Assembly (NCBI GenBank): GCA_002423285.1
Contig: DIVF01000054.1
Location: 18,588 to 82,587, forward strand
DNA: 64,000 nt
Direction: 5' to 3'
Source of the DNA: Micavibrio sp. UBA6139
GTDB taxonomy: Bacteria; Pseudomonadota; Alphaproteobacteria; Micavibrionales; Micavibrionaceae
The position numbers were made by a program, and so were the translations under genes. The notes below the pieces were generated by a model. It was given only the letters and a program-made list of their open reading frames with translations. It was not told the origin of the DNA and did not search any database. Shown piece after piece: positions 11,516 to 21,970 of the stretch (its first letter is position 1; the number at the start of each line of letters is the position of its first letter).

Positions 11516-12697
11516 TCAGCGAATGAACAGATGAACTTCGCTGCTGCCGGCTTCTGGGCTTGGCATGTAGGACAGGTCGATCCGGTCCATGGTCAGGCCC
11601 ATCTGGGTCAGGCTGCGGAGAACTTTTTCAGCATTGCGGCGGGCGCGAGTGCTTTCGATTGTGCTCTCGGCGGAGTTACCGCCGGTTGGGTGAACAGCCA
11701 CCAGTTCAAAGCGGGCATTTGGATAACGCTGCAATGCTTCATTCACGGCCATGTAAACAGGCTGTTCATACGCAACGTTTGGTTTGTCGAAACGGATTTT
11801 AACCAGCGGGCGTGGTGCGCCAACAGGGGCCATTGCCATTGGTGAACCCATTCCGCCATCTGCGGCAAAGTTTGCAGGTTGCGCGCCGGAGAATGGACGG
11901 CTCGCCAGGCTCTTACCAAACAGATCACCTGTGGTAATCGCCAGTGACAGGGTGCGCAGATTGTTACGCTCTGTGCTCAGGTATGAAACAGTGCGGGTGA
12001 TGTCATCGTTGACCAAGTTCTGCAGACGTTCAATGGCGACGACGTTGTTGTTAACGGTGTCTTCCAGCTGGGCCAGACGGGCATGGTCTTCTTCAACCGC
12101 GCCGGACAGGCTGTAGGTAGCGCGAACAGATTCCAGCAGGAAGCCTGACATGCTGGCTGCGTTTGAAATCTCAACGGCCAGATCGTTCAGGCCAGACACG
12201 TTGGCGGCCAGTGATTCAAGGCTGTTACGTGCAACCGACAGGCGCTTAATCAAGCGTGGGTTGCCCGGTGTGGTGCCGGATTGCAATTGGGTGCTGATGG
12301 TCGCGACATTGGCGTAGTATTCAGCAGATTGTGCCTGACCCTGACCTTGCAGAACATTCAGACGTTCCGCCAGATTGCCAACGGACCCTTGCAGTGAGAA
12401 AAATTCATTGCGCAGCGAGTCAACCTTGCGGCCAACAATCGTTTCGCCGCCATCGTAATAATCATTGCCCAGAACGCGGTCCATTGTGATGTCTTGTGCG
12501 CGTGCGGGTTTAGAATACAAACGGTTTTGCAATTCTTGTGGCAGGGGCTCATCGGTTACAACCAGCGCCGGTGGTTTTCCCGATGGCGCAGCATGTGCAA
12601 CCCCGGTCATGCCTGTGGCAATTACAAAGGTTGAAACGGCGGCGAGCAAAAACGCAGCACGGGACGGAAATTGGAAAGCGGCCATGTGATTCATCAC
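11516..12697 (-). CDS. Exported coiled-coil protein with C-terminal OmpA-like domain (hypothetical)
   Basis: Signal peptide ending AHA; long heptad-like helical region; C-terminal IRFD..RRNAEKVLRSL..GL..DRI..EVHLFIR resembles an OmpA-C fold. Confidence 0.6.
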   Translation of the reverse strand: MMNHMAAFQFPSRAAFLLAAVSTFVIATGMTGVAHAAPSGKPPALVVTDEPLPQELQNRLYSKPARAQDITMDRVLGNDYYDGGETIVGRKVDSLRNEFFSLQGSVGNLAERLNVLQGQGQAQSAEYYANVATISTQLQSGTTPGNPRLIKRLSVARNSLESLAANVSGLNDLAVEISNAASMSGFLLESVRATYSLSGAVEEDHARLAQLEDTVNNNVVAIERLQNLVNDDITRTVSYLSTERNNLRTLSLAITTGDLFGKSLASRPFSGAQPANFAADGGMGSPMAMAPVGAPRPLVKIRFDKPNVAYEQPVYMAVNEALQRYPNARFELVAVHPTGGNSAESTIESTRARRNAEKVLRSLTQMGLTMDRIDLSYMPSPEAGSSEVHLFIR

Positions 12698-12926
12698 TTT
12701 TATATGTCGATAAAAACCTCGCCTAAAATCACCTGTTAAGCCACAACTGTCAAGCGGTAGAAGGGCTTGGCTGGGGATTCATGCACACGGGCTCATTCGG
12801 GGCAGGGGTGGCATTCCGGCGGAGGGGCGGGGCTTTCAGAAAAATGGTTAATGGGTAATCTAAACCCTTGCAAAGGGCCAAAACTTCCCCTATGTTCAGC
12901 GCGCTTTCAACAAAAAGCACCGGAAT

Positions 12927-13003
12927 GCGCCCGTAGCTCAATTGGATAGAGCACTTGACTACGAATCAAGAGGTTTCAGGTTCGACTCCTGACGGGCGCG
13001 CCA
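12927..13003 (+). tRNA. tRNA-Arg(ACG)
   Basis: GCGCCCGTAGCTCAATTGGATAGAGC..CTACGAA..GGTTCGACTCC..CGGGCGCGCCA. Confidence 0.96.
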
Positions 13004-13055
13004 TTTCCCCCTAAATTCCCCTAAATTGGCTTAATACCTTCGGCGCGGCCCTTTT

Positions 13056-13847
13056 TTAGGGCGCGGCGACTGTGGTCAATCCGGCCTGTTCCAGTAAATC
13101 GAGCCCTTCATCCCGGATCAGGGCCATGCCCAGATCGCCGCAGGATGAGTGCATTTCGCCAATCACCTTGTCGCCCGCCTGTAGGGCTGTGCCTGAAACG
13201 GGCAGGGTGTTGGCCGGGTCAAGGGTCTGGATGGTGATCAAATGTTTTTTGGTCAGGTCGCGGTAATGCATCCGCGCGGTCAGTTCCTGGCCCATGAAGC
13301 AGCCCTTGGTAAATGACAATCCATTCAGGCGGTCCAGCCCGGATTCCATCGGCATGGCGCGTTCGGGTGTAAGGTCGCGGCTGCCGTCAGGAATGCCAAG
13401 GGTCAGGCGGTGACGATCCCATAAATCAAATGGGGCATCAGGAATATGGGTCGGAGCGGTTGGGCCGCGCCAGCCAAGGGCCGCGTGGCGGGGGTCGGGC
13501 AAGGCATCCGCTGGGCCTGTGCCACTTCCGGCAAAAACATCAATTGTTTCAAGCCAATCAAGGGTGATTTTGGAGCGCAATTTGAATTTCTTCAAATTGG
13601 CCCAGAAATCTTGTGCGCGTTCTCCATCTTCACATTCAAGAAGCAGTGTATCATTTTGTTCTGAAATGAAAAAATCGTGCATAAAACGCCCCTGCGGCGT
13701 CAGCATCCAGCTATAAAGGCAGGGTTGGGATTCCAGCAGGTTTACATCATTGGTGATCAACCCCTGCAGGAAGATTTTACGATCTTCGCCGCCGATGATA
13801 ACGGCACCACGGTTTGGAAGTTTTACAAAAAAATCGCTGTTCATCAT
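13056..13847 (-). CDS. ygfZ: Folate-binding Fe-S/tRNA-modifying protein YgfZ
   Basis: FLQGLITND and KGCFMGQE motifs. Confidence 0.92.
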   Translation of the reverse strand: MMNSDFFVKLPNRGAVIIGGEDRKIFLQGLITNDVNLLESQPCLYSWMLTPQGRFMHDFFISEQNDTLLLECEDGERAQDFWANLKKFKLRSKITLDWLETIDVFAGSGTGPADALPDPRHAALGWRGPTAPTHIPDAPFDLWDRHRLTLGIPDGSRDLTPERAMPMESGLDRLNGLSFTKGCFMGQELTARMHYRDLTKKHLITIQTLDPANTLPVSGTALQAGDKVIGEMHSSCGDLGMALIRDEGLDLLEQAGLTTVAAP

Positions 13848-13903
13848 TCTTGGTTTTTCTGAAGCCCATTAACTCTATTCATGAACTATGGCATGATCGG
13901 GTC

Positions 13904-14911
13904 ATGTCAAACCAGCCCGCCATCGAACGTATCCTTTTTATCACATCTAACCGTCTGGGCGATGCAGTTCTCTCAACGGGGGTGCTGAATTATATTCTGC
14001 AAAATCATCCCACGGCCAAGGTCACTGTGGCGTGCGGTTTTTTACCCTCTAGTTTGTTTGCAGGTTATCCGGCGCTGGAGCGGGTCATTCCCTTTAAAAA
14101 GGAAAAGCATAACCGCCATTGGTTGCGCCTGTGGACCCAAGTGGTCACGACGCGGTGGGATATGGTGATTGATTTCCGGAATTCTGCAATTTCGCGCCTG
14201 ATCCCGGCGCATAAACGTTTTATCTATGGCCCCCATATTGACCAGACCCGGCACAAGGTTGAACAGGCCGCGCAGATGATGCGCCTGAATACGGTTCCAA
14301 ACCCGGCCCTATGGTTTTCCCCCGAACAACAGGCGGCGGCGGCCACGTTGATTCCGGATGGCACGCCAGTCTTGGGAATTGGTCCTACCGCAAACTGGGC
14401 AGGGAAGACCTGGGCGGCGGAGCATTTTATTGAGGTGATTAAGATTCTGACTGGGCCGGATGGCATTTTACCCGGCGCCCGGGTGGCGGTGTTTGCCGCA
14501 CCGGGGGAGGAAGCGCAGGCTTTGCCCGTCTTTGAATCCATTCCTGCGGATCGCCGTATTGATGTCATTGCGAAGTGTGATCCCGGAACGGTGGCGGCGG
14601 CGTTGGCGCGATGTACCCTTTATATCGGGCATGATAGCGGGTTGATGCATTCGGCTGCGGCGGCGGGAACACCAACGGTTGGGTTATTTGGGCCAAGCTG
14701 GCCGCATTTGTATGGTCCATGGGGGGGGCATACAACGTATGTGTCCACACCAGAAAATTTTGATCAATTGATTGATTTCGACGGGTTCAGCCCCAAAACC
14801 GTTGGGTCATTGATGGGTACATTGACAGTGGATGCCGTTGTGCGTTGTGTTCAAAATTTTTGGGGGCCTATTGCAAATTCTGCAACACGCCCCCAAAGGA
14901 AAACAAATTAG
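13904..14911 (+). CDS. Glycosyltransferase family 9 (heptosyltransferase-like)
   Basis: RLGDAVL and HDSGLMHSAAAAGTPTVGLFGP motifs; start moved to ATG 13904 to avoid overlap with ygfZ. Confidence 0.88.
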   Translation: MSNQPAIERILFITSNRLGDAVLSTGVLNYILQNHPTAKVTVACGFLPSSLFAGYPALERVIPFKKEKHNRHWLRLWTQVVTTRWDMVIDFRNSAISRLIPAHKRFIYGPHIDQTRHKVEQAAQMMRLNTVPNPALWFSPEQQAAAATLIPDGTPVLGIGPTANWAGKTWAAEHFIEVIKILTGPDGILPGARVAVFAAPGEEAQALPVFESIPADRRIDVIAKCDPGTVAAALARCTLYIGHDSGLMHSAAAAGTPTVGLFGPSWPHLYGPWGGHTTYVSTPENFDQLIDFDGFSPKTVGSLMGTLTVDAVVRCVQNFWGPIANSATRPQRKTN

Positions 14912-14922
14912 GTTTTGAACGA

Positions 14923-15468
14923 TTAGTTGTTCAGGCCGTCATAGTCACCCTTTTTAACGGGTGTAACAACACGCTCGCCAGAATTGGTGCGGCGACGTTC
15001 GGTCAGGATGGTTTCAACATAGGTTTCGCGTGCTTCTGTCGCTACGTCGTATGGCAGGTATTGAACCCGTTCCCATCCGGCGAACTGCATGCAGGTTTCA
15101 AAGTCATGATAGTTGGAATGTTCGGCGCGCAGGTAACCATCGCGTTCCGGTGTTTCCCATGCGGCCAGTTTGCCTTCGGATGATTCCGGATCAGGAATAT
15201 TGCCGTTTTTATCTGGATCAGCAGGCATGGCCTTGCGGATCGCACCGAGGCGTTGCAGTTCTTTTGTTTCGTTTGTGCAGCGGGCAATATCCTTGAACAG
15301 CATTTGCTGCGCCTTTGGACCACGTTGCCAAACAGCCGAGGATGTTTCAGCGCGTTGCCAGTAATGGCCGTTTGCCGTTTCAATATTTTTGGCCGGCATC
15401 GTGTCGCAGGCCGTTAAGCCCAAAAAGGCAACACCAGAGAGAACAAGCGCGAATGAGGTTTTTTTCAT
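14923..15468 (-). CDS. Hypothetical lipoprotein
   Basis: MKK, hydrophobic stretch and LTAC lipobox. Confidence 0.75.
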   Translation of the reverse strand: MKKTSFALVLSGVAFLGLTACDTMPAKNIETANGHYWQRAETSSAVWQRGPKAQQMLFKDIARCTNETKELQRLGAIRKAMPADPDKNGNIPDPESSEGKLAAWETPERDGYLRAEHSNYHDFETCMQFAGWERVQYLPYDVATEARETYVETILTERRRTNSGERVVTPVKKGDYDGLNN

Positions 15469-15587
15469 GAAGGGTCGGGCCCGTGAATCGAGAAAAGGTT
15501 AATAACGGAGTCAAGGATAGCAAGACTGCGGGGGCGGCTCAATAGCCCAACAAGGCTTCAACGCAGGTTTCCCCGGCTGTTCGGGGC

Positions 15588-17372
15588 TTATTTTGCACTT
15601 TCCCACCATGTTTCCACGACCATGCCGTAAAGCGGGGTGGTTTCTGGCCTGTGGATGGTTTTCTTGCGGGCCACAAAATCAGCCCCCGGATAGTAAAGCG
15701 GGATGGTGTATTGCCCCGATAACAACACCCGGTCGAGGGCGCGGACATGGGCGACAAGGTCGTCATAGGTCGTGGCCCGGGCAATCTGATCGGCAATGGC
15801 ATCAACGGCAGGTACGCAAATCCCTGCATAATTCCACCGTGCCGGTTGCTTCGCCGCTTCACAGCCCCAATACAAAATCTGTTCCGTACCCGGTGATAAA
15901 GTGGACAGCCAGTAATACAAAACCATGTCGTAATCATAGTCATTCAAGCGGCCCAAAAACGCAGCCGCATCCAAAACGCGAACATTGGCGGTGATGCCAA
16001 GGCGTTTCAAACCGCGCGTGAAGGACAGGGCCAGTTTTTCATCATCGGGGGAACCGAGCAGAACTTCGAAATTAAACGCCGCGCCTGTTTTTACATTCAC
16101 GCGCTTGCCGTCTTTAATCACCCATCCGGCGGCCTTTAGCAATTCATCGGCGCGGCGGAGGTTTTCACGCATCAATTCCGGTGTTCCGGTTGATGGCGGT
16201 TGCGGGGCAGGGCCAAAGACGGACTCGGGCAGGTCAGCTTTAAACGGTTCCAGAATTTTCAACTGCACATCATCCGGCATACCCGTGGCCGCCAGAAGGG
16301 AGTTGGGGTAGTAGCTGTTCACCTGCTTATACAGCCCATAAAATAAATTATCGTTCAGCCATTTGAAATCGAGCGATAAGCCTAACGCTTCACGCACGCG
16401 AATATCATCAAATGGCGGGCGGCGCATGTTGAAGATCAGGGAATTGACCCGTTCCGGGCGGCCATGCTGCAAAGTTTCCTTGACCAGCTCACCGGATTGA
16501 ATGGCGGGAATGTCGTAACCCTTGGCCCATTTATTCGCATCCCATTCACGGCGCAAATCAATCTGGCCGGATTTAAATGCTTCAAAGGCCACCGTGTCGT
16601 CACGGTAATAATCAAAGACGATGCGGTCAAAATTATATTGCCCCTTATTGACAGGCAGATCAGCCGCCCAGTAATTGGGGATGCGTTCATAGGTAATGCT
16701 GCGGCCTGGATCGAGGCTTGCGACTTTATAAGGGCCGCTGGCCATGGGGGTATCAAGCGTGGATGAATCAAAATTTCGTCCGCTCCACCATGTCTTTGAC
16801 AACACTGGCATCATCGCCAGAATCATAATGGTTTCGCGGTCATACCCTTCACCCAAGGCAAAATGCACGGTGTGGCCGTCAATTTTATCAACCTTGCTGA
16901 CCAGTTTATAAACGCGGCGCATATTGGGGCGGCCTTGATCGCGCAAGGTTTCAAAGGAAAAGATCACATCATCCGCCGTGATCGGCGTGCCGTCTTGGAA
17001 TGTTGCTTTCTTATTTAAGAAGAAGGTGATGGCAGAACGATCTTCCGGCACATCGACTTTTTCAGCAATCAGGGGATACATCGTAAACGCTTCATCCCAC
17101 ACCCGTGCCATCAGGCGGTCATGGACATAGGCCAGACCTTGCGCGGCCTTGCCCTTAATGGCGTAGGGGTTGAGGCTGTCATAAGACCCAATCGCCGCCT
17201 GACGCAACGTGCCACTCTTTGGTGCATCCGGGTTCGCGTAATCAACATGGGTAAAATCGGGGGCGTATTTGGGCGTGCCATGCATCGACAAGGCATAAAG
17301 AACTTCCGCCTTTGCCGGGACCGCAGCAAAGCACAGGACAATTGTCAGCAGTTGGATTAGAATCTTTCCCAT
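15588..17372 (-). CDS. ABC transporter peptide-binding protein (family 5, YejA-like)
   Basis: SMHGTPKY.PDF.H.DYANPDAPK.G and GSYDSLNPY motifs; signal peptide from MGKIL (ATG 17372). Confidence 0.88.
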   Translation of the reverse strand: MGKILIQLLTIVLCFAAVPAKAEVLYALSMHGTPKYAPDFTHVDYANPDAPKSGTLRQAAIGSYDSLNPYAIKGKAAQGLAYVHDRLMARVWDEAFTMYPLIAEKVDVPEDRSAITFFLNKKATFQDGTPITADDVIFSFETLRDQGRPNMRRVYKLVSKVDKIDGHTVHFALGEGYDRETIMILAMMPVLSKTWWSGRNFDSSTLDTPMASGPYKVASLDPGRSITYERIPNYWAADLPVNKGQYNFDRIVFDYYRDDTVAFEAFKSGQIDLRREWDANKWAKGYDIPAIQSGELVKETLQHGRPERVNSLIFNMRRPPFDDIRVREALGLSLDFKWLNDNLFYGLYKQVNSYYPNSLLAATGMPDDVQLKILEPFKADLPESVFGPAPQPPSTGTPELMRENLRRADELLKAAGWVIKDGKRVNVKTGAAFNFEVLLGSPDDEKLALSFTRGLKRLGITANVRVLDAAAFLGRLNDYDYDMVLYYWLSTLSPGTEQILYWGCEAAKQPARWNYAGICVPAVDAIADQIARATTYDDLVAHVRALDRVLLSGQYTIPLYYPGADFVARKKTIHRPETTPLYGMVVETWWESAK

Positions 17373-17952
17373 GTCAGATGTGATAGCAGAGCCATCCCCC
17401 CGTTCCAACCGTGATTTAATCAACAAAATACGGCTGATCGAGGGCGATTTAACGGCACAAAGCGATGTTGATGTCATTGTTGGGTCCATTTCCACCGCAT
17501 TAAAGGTGGATGGAAGCCTGAATCAGTCCCTGATTCGCGCCGCCGGACAGCAATTTGACGATTTTATCGTCGAAAACATCTATAAACCCCGCCCGGGGGA
17601 TGTTTTTGAGGTTCCGCCCTATAATATCCCGGTTCCCCACGTCTTTTTCGCCGTCACCCCGGATTGGAAAGATTCGCTCGATTTCGAAGATCGCGACCTG
17701 ATCCGCTGTTACCGGGGGGCCATGCAGATGGCCGAAAAAATGAAACTGACCCGCATCGCTTTCCCGGCCCTCGGCACAGGCCGTAAAAAATACCCGCTCC
17801 GCCGCGCCGCACGCCTCGCCATCAACGGCATCATGGACCGCATGACAACTCACTTCGAAGAAGTCCGTATCGTCTGCAACCGCCGTGAACAATATGATGC
17901 CTTCGCCGAATGGCTAACCCATTACGGCCACGAAAATCCAGCAGGGAAATAA
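17371..17952 (+). CDS. Macro (ADP-ribose-binding) domain protein, degenerate active site
   Basis: IRLIEGDLT, DVDVIV, L..CYRGA and IAFPALGTG motifs. Confidence 0.8.
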   Translation: MSDVIAEPSPRSNRDLINKIRLIEGDLTAQSDVDVIVGSISTALKVDGSLNQSLIRAAGQQFDDFIVENIYKPRPGDVFEVPPYNIPVPHVFFAVTPDWKDSLDFEDRDLIRCYRGAMQMAEKMKLTRIAFPALGTGRKKYPLRRAARLAINGIMDRMTTHFEEVRIVCNRREQYDAFAEWLTHYGHENPAGK

Positions 17953-17964
17953 GAGGAAATATTG

Positions 17965-18013
17965 AAGGGGTCGTTTGAAGGGGGCATTGCCCCCTTCGAC
18001 CCTATTCTTTTTT
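17965..18013 (+). repeat. REP-like palindromic element, copy 1
   Basis: AAGGGGTCGTTTGAAGGGGGCATTGCCCCCTTCGACCCTATTCTTTTTT between convergent genes. Confidence 0.8.
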
Positions 18014-18016
18014 TAC

Positions 18017-19018
18017 TTATGCCGCTTTCTTTAAAAACGCAGCGTAGGATTCCACGGGGCGAGGGCCCATGTGGCTGATCACTTCGGCTGCGGCGAGGGA
18101 GCCTAAGTGACCGCAGCGTTCCAGTGGCATGTCGCGGGACAGGCCATAGAGGAACCCGGCGGCGTATTGATCGCCTGCGCCTGTGGTGTCCAGAACTTTT
18201 GCGACAGGTTCGGCTTTGACTTCAATAACGCGGTCGCCATTGACGATGACGGAGCCTTTTGCGCTGCGTGTCAGGACGGCGATTTCGCATTTGTTGCGAA
18301 TGATATCGACGGCGTCTTCGAATGTGGCGGTTTGGTACAGGGCCATGATTTCCGCTTCGTTGGCGAACAGTACATCGGTGCTTTGTTCAACGAAGGCTTG
18401 GAAGTCATCGCGGTGACGCTCAACACAGAACGGGTCGGACAAGGTAATTGAAATGCGGCGACCAGCACTGTGTGCGACATCGGATGCCGCGCGGAAGGCG
18501 TTTTTCGCATGGGGCGGATCGAACATGTAGCCCTCAAGATAAGTGATTGCGGCTTGGGAGATCAGGTCTGTATCAATGTCATCTGCAGACAGATGCAAAC
18601 CAGCACCCAGATAGGTGCTCATGGTGCGTTCGCCGTCTTCGGAAACGAGGACAAGGCAGCGGCCTGTCTTGGCACCGATGACGATAGGTTGGGTATTATA
18701 AGTGATGCCCAGTTTCTTCATGTCGCTGCGGAATACATCGCCCAGATTATCCTGCGCCACTTTACCGATATAGGCTGCACGGCCACCAAAGGACGCAACC
18801 CCGGCAATCGTATTGCCAGCAGACCCGCCCGACATTTCAACTCCGCCGGACATTTCGGCGTAGAGTTGAACGGCGCGTTTTTCATCAATCAGGGACATGC
18901 CGCCACGGGCAACGCCGTGGGCTTCAACCTGATTTTGAAGGAACTCTTCGGTGACGGTTGTTAATACATCAACCATCGCATTGCCCATGGCAAGGACATC
19001 AATCGGGGTGTTTGTCAT
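18017..19018 (-). CDS. Adenosine kinase-like PfkB carbohydrate kinase
   Basis: GNAMVD, SGGSAGNT and DTTGAGD motifs; RBS GGAAG before ATG 19018. Confidence 0.9.
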   Translation of the reverse strand: MTNTPIDVLAMGNAMVDVLTTVTEEFLQNQVEAHGVARGGMSLIDEKRAVQLYAEMSGGVEMSGGSAGNTIAGVASFGGRAAYIGKVAQDNLGDVFRSDMKKLGITYNTQPIVIGAKTGRCLVLVSEDGERTMSTYLGAGLHLSADDIDTDLISQAAITYLEGYMFDPPHAKNAFRAASDVAHSAGRRISITLSDPFCVERHRDDFQAFVEQSTDVLFANEAEIMALYQTATFEDAVDIIRNKCEIAVLTRSAKGSVIVNGDRVIEVKAEPVAKVLDTTGAGDQYAAGFLYGLSRDMPLERCGHLGSLAAAEVISHMGPRPVESYAAFLKKAA

Positions 19019-19101
19019 GTGGTCTTCCTGCTCGTTTACGGCCTGATTGTTTAGGGATATAATCCCCCAATCTGTAACGGAAATATCCGGGATTGCAAGC
19101 A

Positions 19102-19701
19102 ATGACCAAGGCTAAAACCACCAAAAAAGAGACTTTGCCGCTGAAAGAGCGCGCCGTTCGGGCTGCGCTGGATCTTGCGGCCAAGACGGGTTGGGCCGGG
19201 GTGACGATGCAGGATATTGCCACCAAGTGTAAATGCACGCTGGCGGAACTGCATGATGTCTTTGAAGAACGCGGGGACATCTTAACCGCCTATGGCCGGG
19301 CCGTAGACCGCCGGGTGCTGGACGGGGTGGGTAAGCCCGATATGACACAATCAGACCGCGACCGTTTATTCGATGTGATGATGGAGCGGTTTGATGTTTT
19401 GGGTGAAGACCGCGATGCCTTGCAATCCATTTTGAAATCCTTCTGCACCAATCCGAAACAGGCGATCATCGGTTTGCCGCATCTGGGGAAATCAATGGTG
19501 TGGATGTTGGAATGTGCGGGCATTGATGCCAACGGGGCGAAGGGGGCTGTGAAGGCACTCGGATTGCTCGGCGTTTATCTCTACACGCTGAAGGCATGGA
19601 TGGATGATGAAAGCGAAGATTTATCCAAAACCATGGCCGCACTCGACCGTGCCTTGGGCCGGGCCGAACAATGGGGCGGGGTTGTCTTAAACCGCTTTTA
19701 G
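19102..19701 (+). CDS. TetR/AcrR-family regulator
   Basis: N-terminal [23 protein letters not shown]; [13 protein letters not shown]; [17 protein letters not shown]. Confidence 0.8.
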   Translation: MTKAKTTKKETLPLKERAVRAALDLAAKTGWAGVTMQDIATKCKCTLAELHDVFEERGDILTAYGRAVDRRVLDGVGKPDMTQSDRDRLFDVMMERFDVLGEDRDALQSILKSFCTNPKQAIIGLPHLGKSMVWMLECAGIDANGAKGAVKALGLLGVYLYTLKAWMDDESEDLSKTMAALDRALGRAEQWGGVVLNRF

Positions 19702-20921
19702 GCTGCTGCCTGTAACAGGTGGTTTTGTTCCCACAGATCTTTCAGAATATCACCGAAGCGGTGAATATCTTCTGTGCTGTGTGCGGCCGTTGCGGTCAGG
19801 CGCATGCGCTCTGTTCCCTTTGGCACGGTTGGGTAATTGATCGGCTGAACATAGATATTGTATTCGCTTAACAAAACATCTGTCAGCATTTTGCAGCATG
19901 TCGCTTCACCAACGATCAGTGGAACAATGTGGCTTTCACCTTGCAAGAAACCCAGACCCTGTGTGGACAGTAGTTTTTTGAAACGGGCGACATTGGCTTT
20001 TTGCTTGTCGCGTTCAACATTGGACACTTTCAAATGTTCAATGCTGGCGCGTGCACCTGCCAAAATGGCTGGGGGCAGGGATGTGGTGAAGATAAAAGTG
20101 GAGGCGTAGGAACGAACTGCATCAACAACCGGTTTGCTGCCTGCGATGTAGCCACCAACCAGACCATAGGCCTTGCCAAATGTGCCTTCGATAATATCAA
20201 CCCGGTGCATCAAATTGCGTTCTTCTGCAACGCCGGCACCACGTGGGCCATACAGGCCAACACCGTGAACTTCATCCAGATAGGACAAAGCGCCATATTT
20301 TTCGGCCAGCGCAACAATCTCCGCAATCGGGGAGATGTCACCTTCCATCGAATAGACGGATTCAAAGGCAATGATTTTTGGGCGTTTAATATCTGTCGCC
20401 TTCAGTAGCTCTTCCAAGTGCGCAACATCGTTGTGGCGGAATACTTTTGTTTCCGCGCCGCTGCTGCGCATGCCGTGGATCATCGATGCGTGGTTCAAGG
20501 CATCGGAAAAAATAATGCAGTTCGGCAGCAGTTTGGCCAGAGTCCCCAGCGCCCCTTCATTGGCGGTATAGCCAGAGGAGAAGACAAGGGCCGCTTCCTT
20601 ATCGTGAAGGTCGGCGACGCTTTCTTCCAGTTCAACGTGGTAACGGGTTGTGCCGGAAATATTGCGGGTGCCGCCTGCGCCTGCGCCGCTGCGGTCGATC
20701 GCGTCATGCATGGCTTCTAAAACGACAGGGTGTTGGCCCATACCCAGATAGTCATTGCTGCACCAGATTGTGACTTCTTTGACAGTCCCGTCGGTGGCAT
20801 GGTGCAGGGCTTTCGGAAATTGTCCGGCAATCCGCTCCAGCGTGGCAAAGGTGCGGTAACGCCCTTCTGCTTTCAGGGTGTCGATGCGGTCTTGGAAAAA
20901 GGCATCATATTTACAGGTCAT
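19698..20921 (-). CDS. hemA: 5-aminolevulinate synthase
   Basis: [35 protein letters not shown] and QPINYPTV motifs. Confidence 0.96.
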   Translation of the reverse strand: MTCKYDAFFQDRIDTLKAEGRYRTFATLERIAGQFPKALHHATDGTVKEVTIWCSNDYLGMGQHPVVLEAMHDAIDRSGAGAGGTRNISGTTRYHVELEESVADLHDKEAALVFSSGYTANEGALGTLAKLLPNCIIFSDALNHASMIHGMRSSGAETKVFRHNDVAHLEELLKATDIKRPKIIAFESVYSMEGDISPIAEIVALAEKYGALSYLDEVHGVGLYGPRGAGVAEERNLMHRVDIIEGTFGKAYGLVGGYIAGSKPVVDAVRSYASTFIFTTSLPPAILAGARASIEHLKVSNVERDKQKANVARFKKLLSTQGLGFLQGESHIVPLIVGEATCCKMLTDVLLSEYNIYVQPINYPTVPKGTERMRLTATAAHSTEDIHRFGDILKDLWEQNHLLQAAA

Positions 20922-21049
20922 GTGTGCAGTGCCGTATTCTTAATGGTTAATGCCCGGACACTAGACAATTCCAAAAAGGGTTACAATCATTCTTTTGGCA
21001 AAGCCTGCCCCGGTGTATAATGAATTGAATGTAAAGGAGAACCATTCTC

Positions 21050-21970
21050 ATGTTGGTTGTATTTGGGTCCATCAATATGGACATGGTTGTTGAGCCAGAA
21101 CACCTGCCACAGACGGGGGAAACGGTGCTTTGCCCCGACTATGACCTGTTCCCGGGTGGCAAGGGTGCGAACCAGGCTTTGGCGGCTGCGCGGATCGGGG
21201 CGCGGGTGGCCTTGGTCGGCTGCGTTGGTGGCGACCATTATTCCCAACAGATTTTGGCAACGATTCGCCGCCAGGGGGTCATGACCTCCGGCGTTGCAGA
21301 ATCAGACCGCCCCACAGGTTGCGCGATGGTGATGCGTGAAAAGGGTGGCAAGAACCGGATCATCGTTGCGGGTGGTGCGAATAATGACGCCACCGCCGAT
21401 CAGGTCCCAGATGAGATCCTGCGCAATGACTCCATGATCCTGACGCAGGGTGAAGTTCCACCGGAAGAAATTTTTAAACTGATCCGCCGTGCGCATGAAC
21501 GCGGTGTGAAGGTTATTTTGAATGCGGCCCCGGCCTTTAACCTGCCAGAAGAGATTCTCAGCAAGGTTTGGATTTTGGTCGTCAATGAAATTGAAATGGG
21601 TCAGGTGAGTGCGGGGCTTGGCTTGCCTGTCACCACACCCGCCGAGATGGTTCGTGCATTGGCCGCGAAGGGAAAAACAACCTGCATCGTGACGCTGGCG
21701 GAAAAGGGTTCCATCGTTGTCACGCCGGATGGAAAATCATTTTCTGTTTCCGCATTGGCGATTGAAGAAGTCGTTGATACGACCGGGGCGGGGGATGCGT
21801 ATTGCGGTACATTATCTGCGTGTCTTTATGGTGGAATGAATTTAGAAGAATCCGTTCGCTGGGCCGCCGTTGCCGGATCACTCGCGTGTACGCAAGAGGG
21901 CACCATCAACGCCTTCGCGTTCAAGGATGATATTCAGGAAAATCTGGATAAAGTAACGGTCAGCCGTTAA
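21050..21970 (+). CDS. rbsK: Ribokinase
   Basis: GSINMD, GGKGANQA, VNEIE and DTTGAGD motifs. Confidence 0.85.
   Translation: MLVVFGSINMDMVVEPEHLPQTGETVLCPDYDLFPGGKGANQALAAARIGARVALVGCVGGDHYSQQILATIRRQGVMTSGVAESDRPTGCAMVMREKGGKNRIIVAGGANNDATADQVPDEILRNDSMILTQGEVPPEEIFKLIRRAHERGVKVILNAAPAFNLPEEILSKVWILVVNEIEMGQVSAGLGLPVTTPAEMVRALAAKGKTTCIVTLAEKGSIVVTPDGKSFSVSALAIEEVVDTTGAGDAYCGTLSACLYGGMNLEESVRWAAVAGSLACTQEGTINAFAFKDDIQENLDKVTVSR

Noticed and set aside
13007-13027. Direct repeat CCCCTAAATT x2 after tRNA-Arg(ACG)
   Set aside because: Only two 10-bp units with no spacers; not CRISPR or att
9272-13055. Possible tRNA-anchored genomic island around the two tRNA-Arg genes
   Set aside because: No integrase, and I found no duplicated tRNA 3' end (att site)
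17373-17495. N-terminal extension of the ABC substrate-binding ORF in the track
   Set aside because: Lies antisense within the macro gene; the signal peptide begins at MGKIL (17372)
20955-21000. Irr/ICE-like box upstream of hemA
   Set aside because: Only half-site matches to TTTRGAAYNRTTCYAAA
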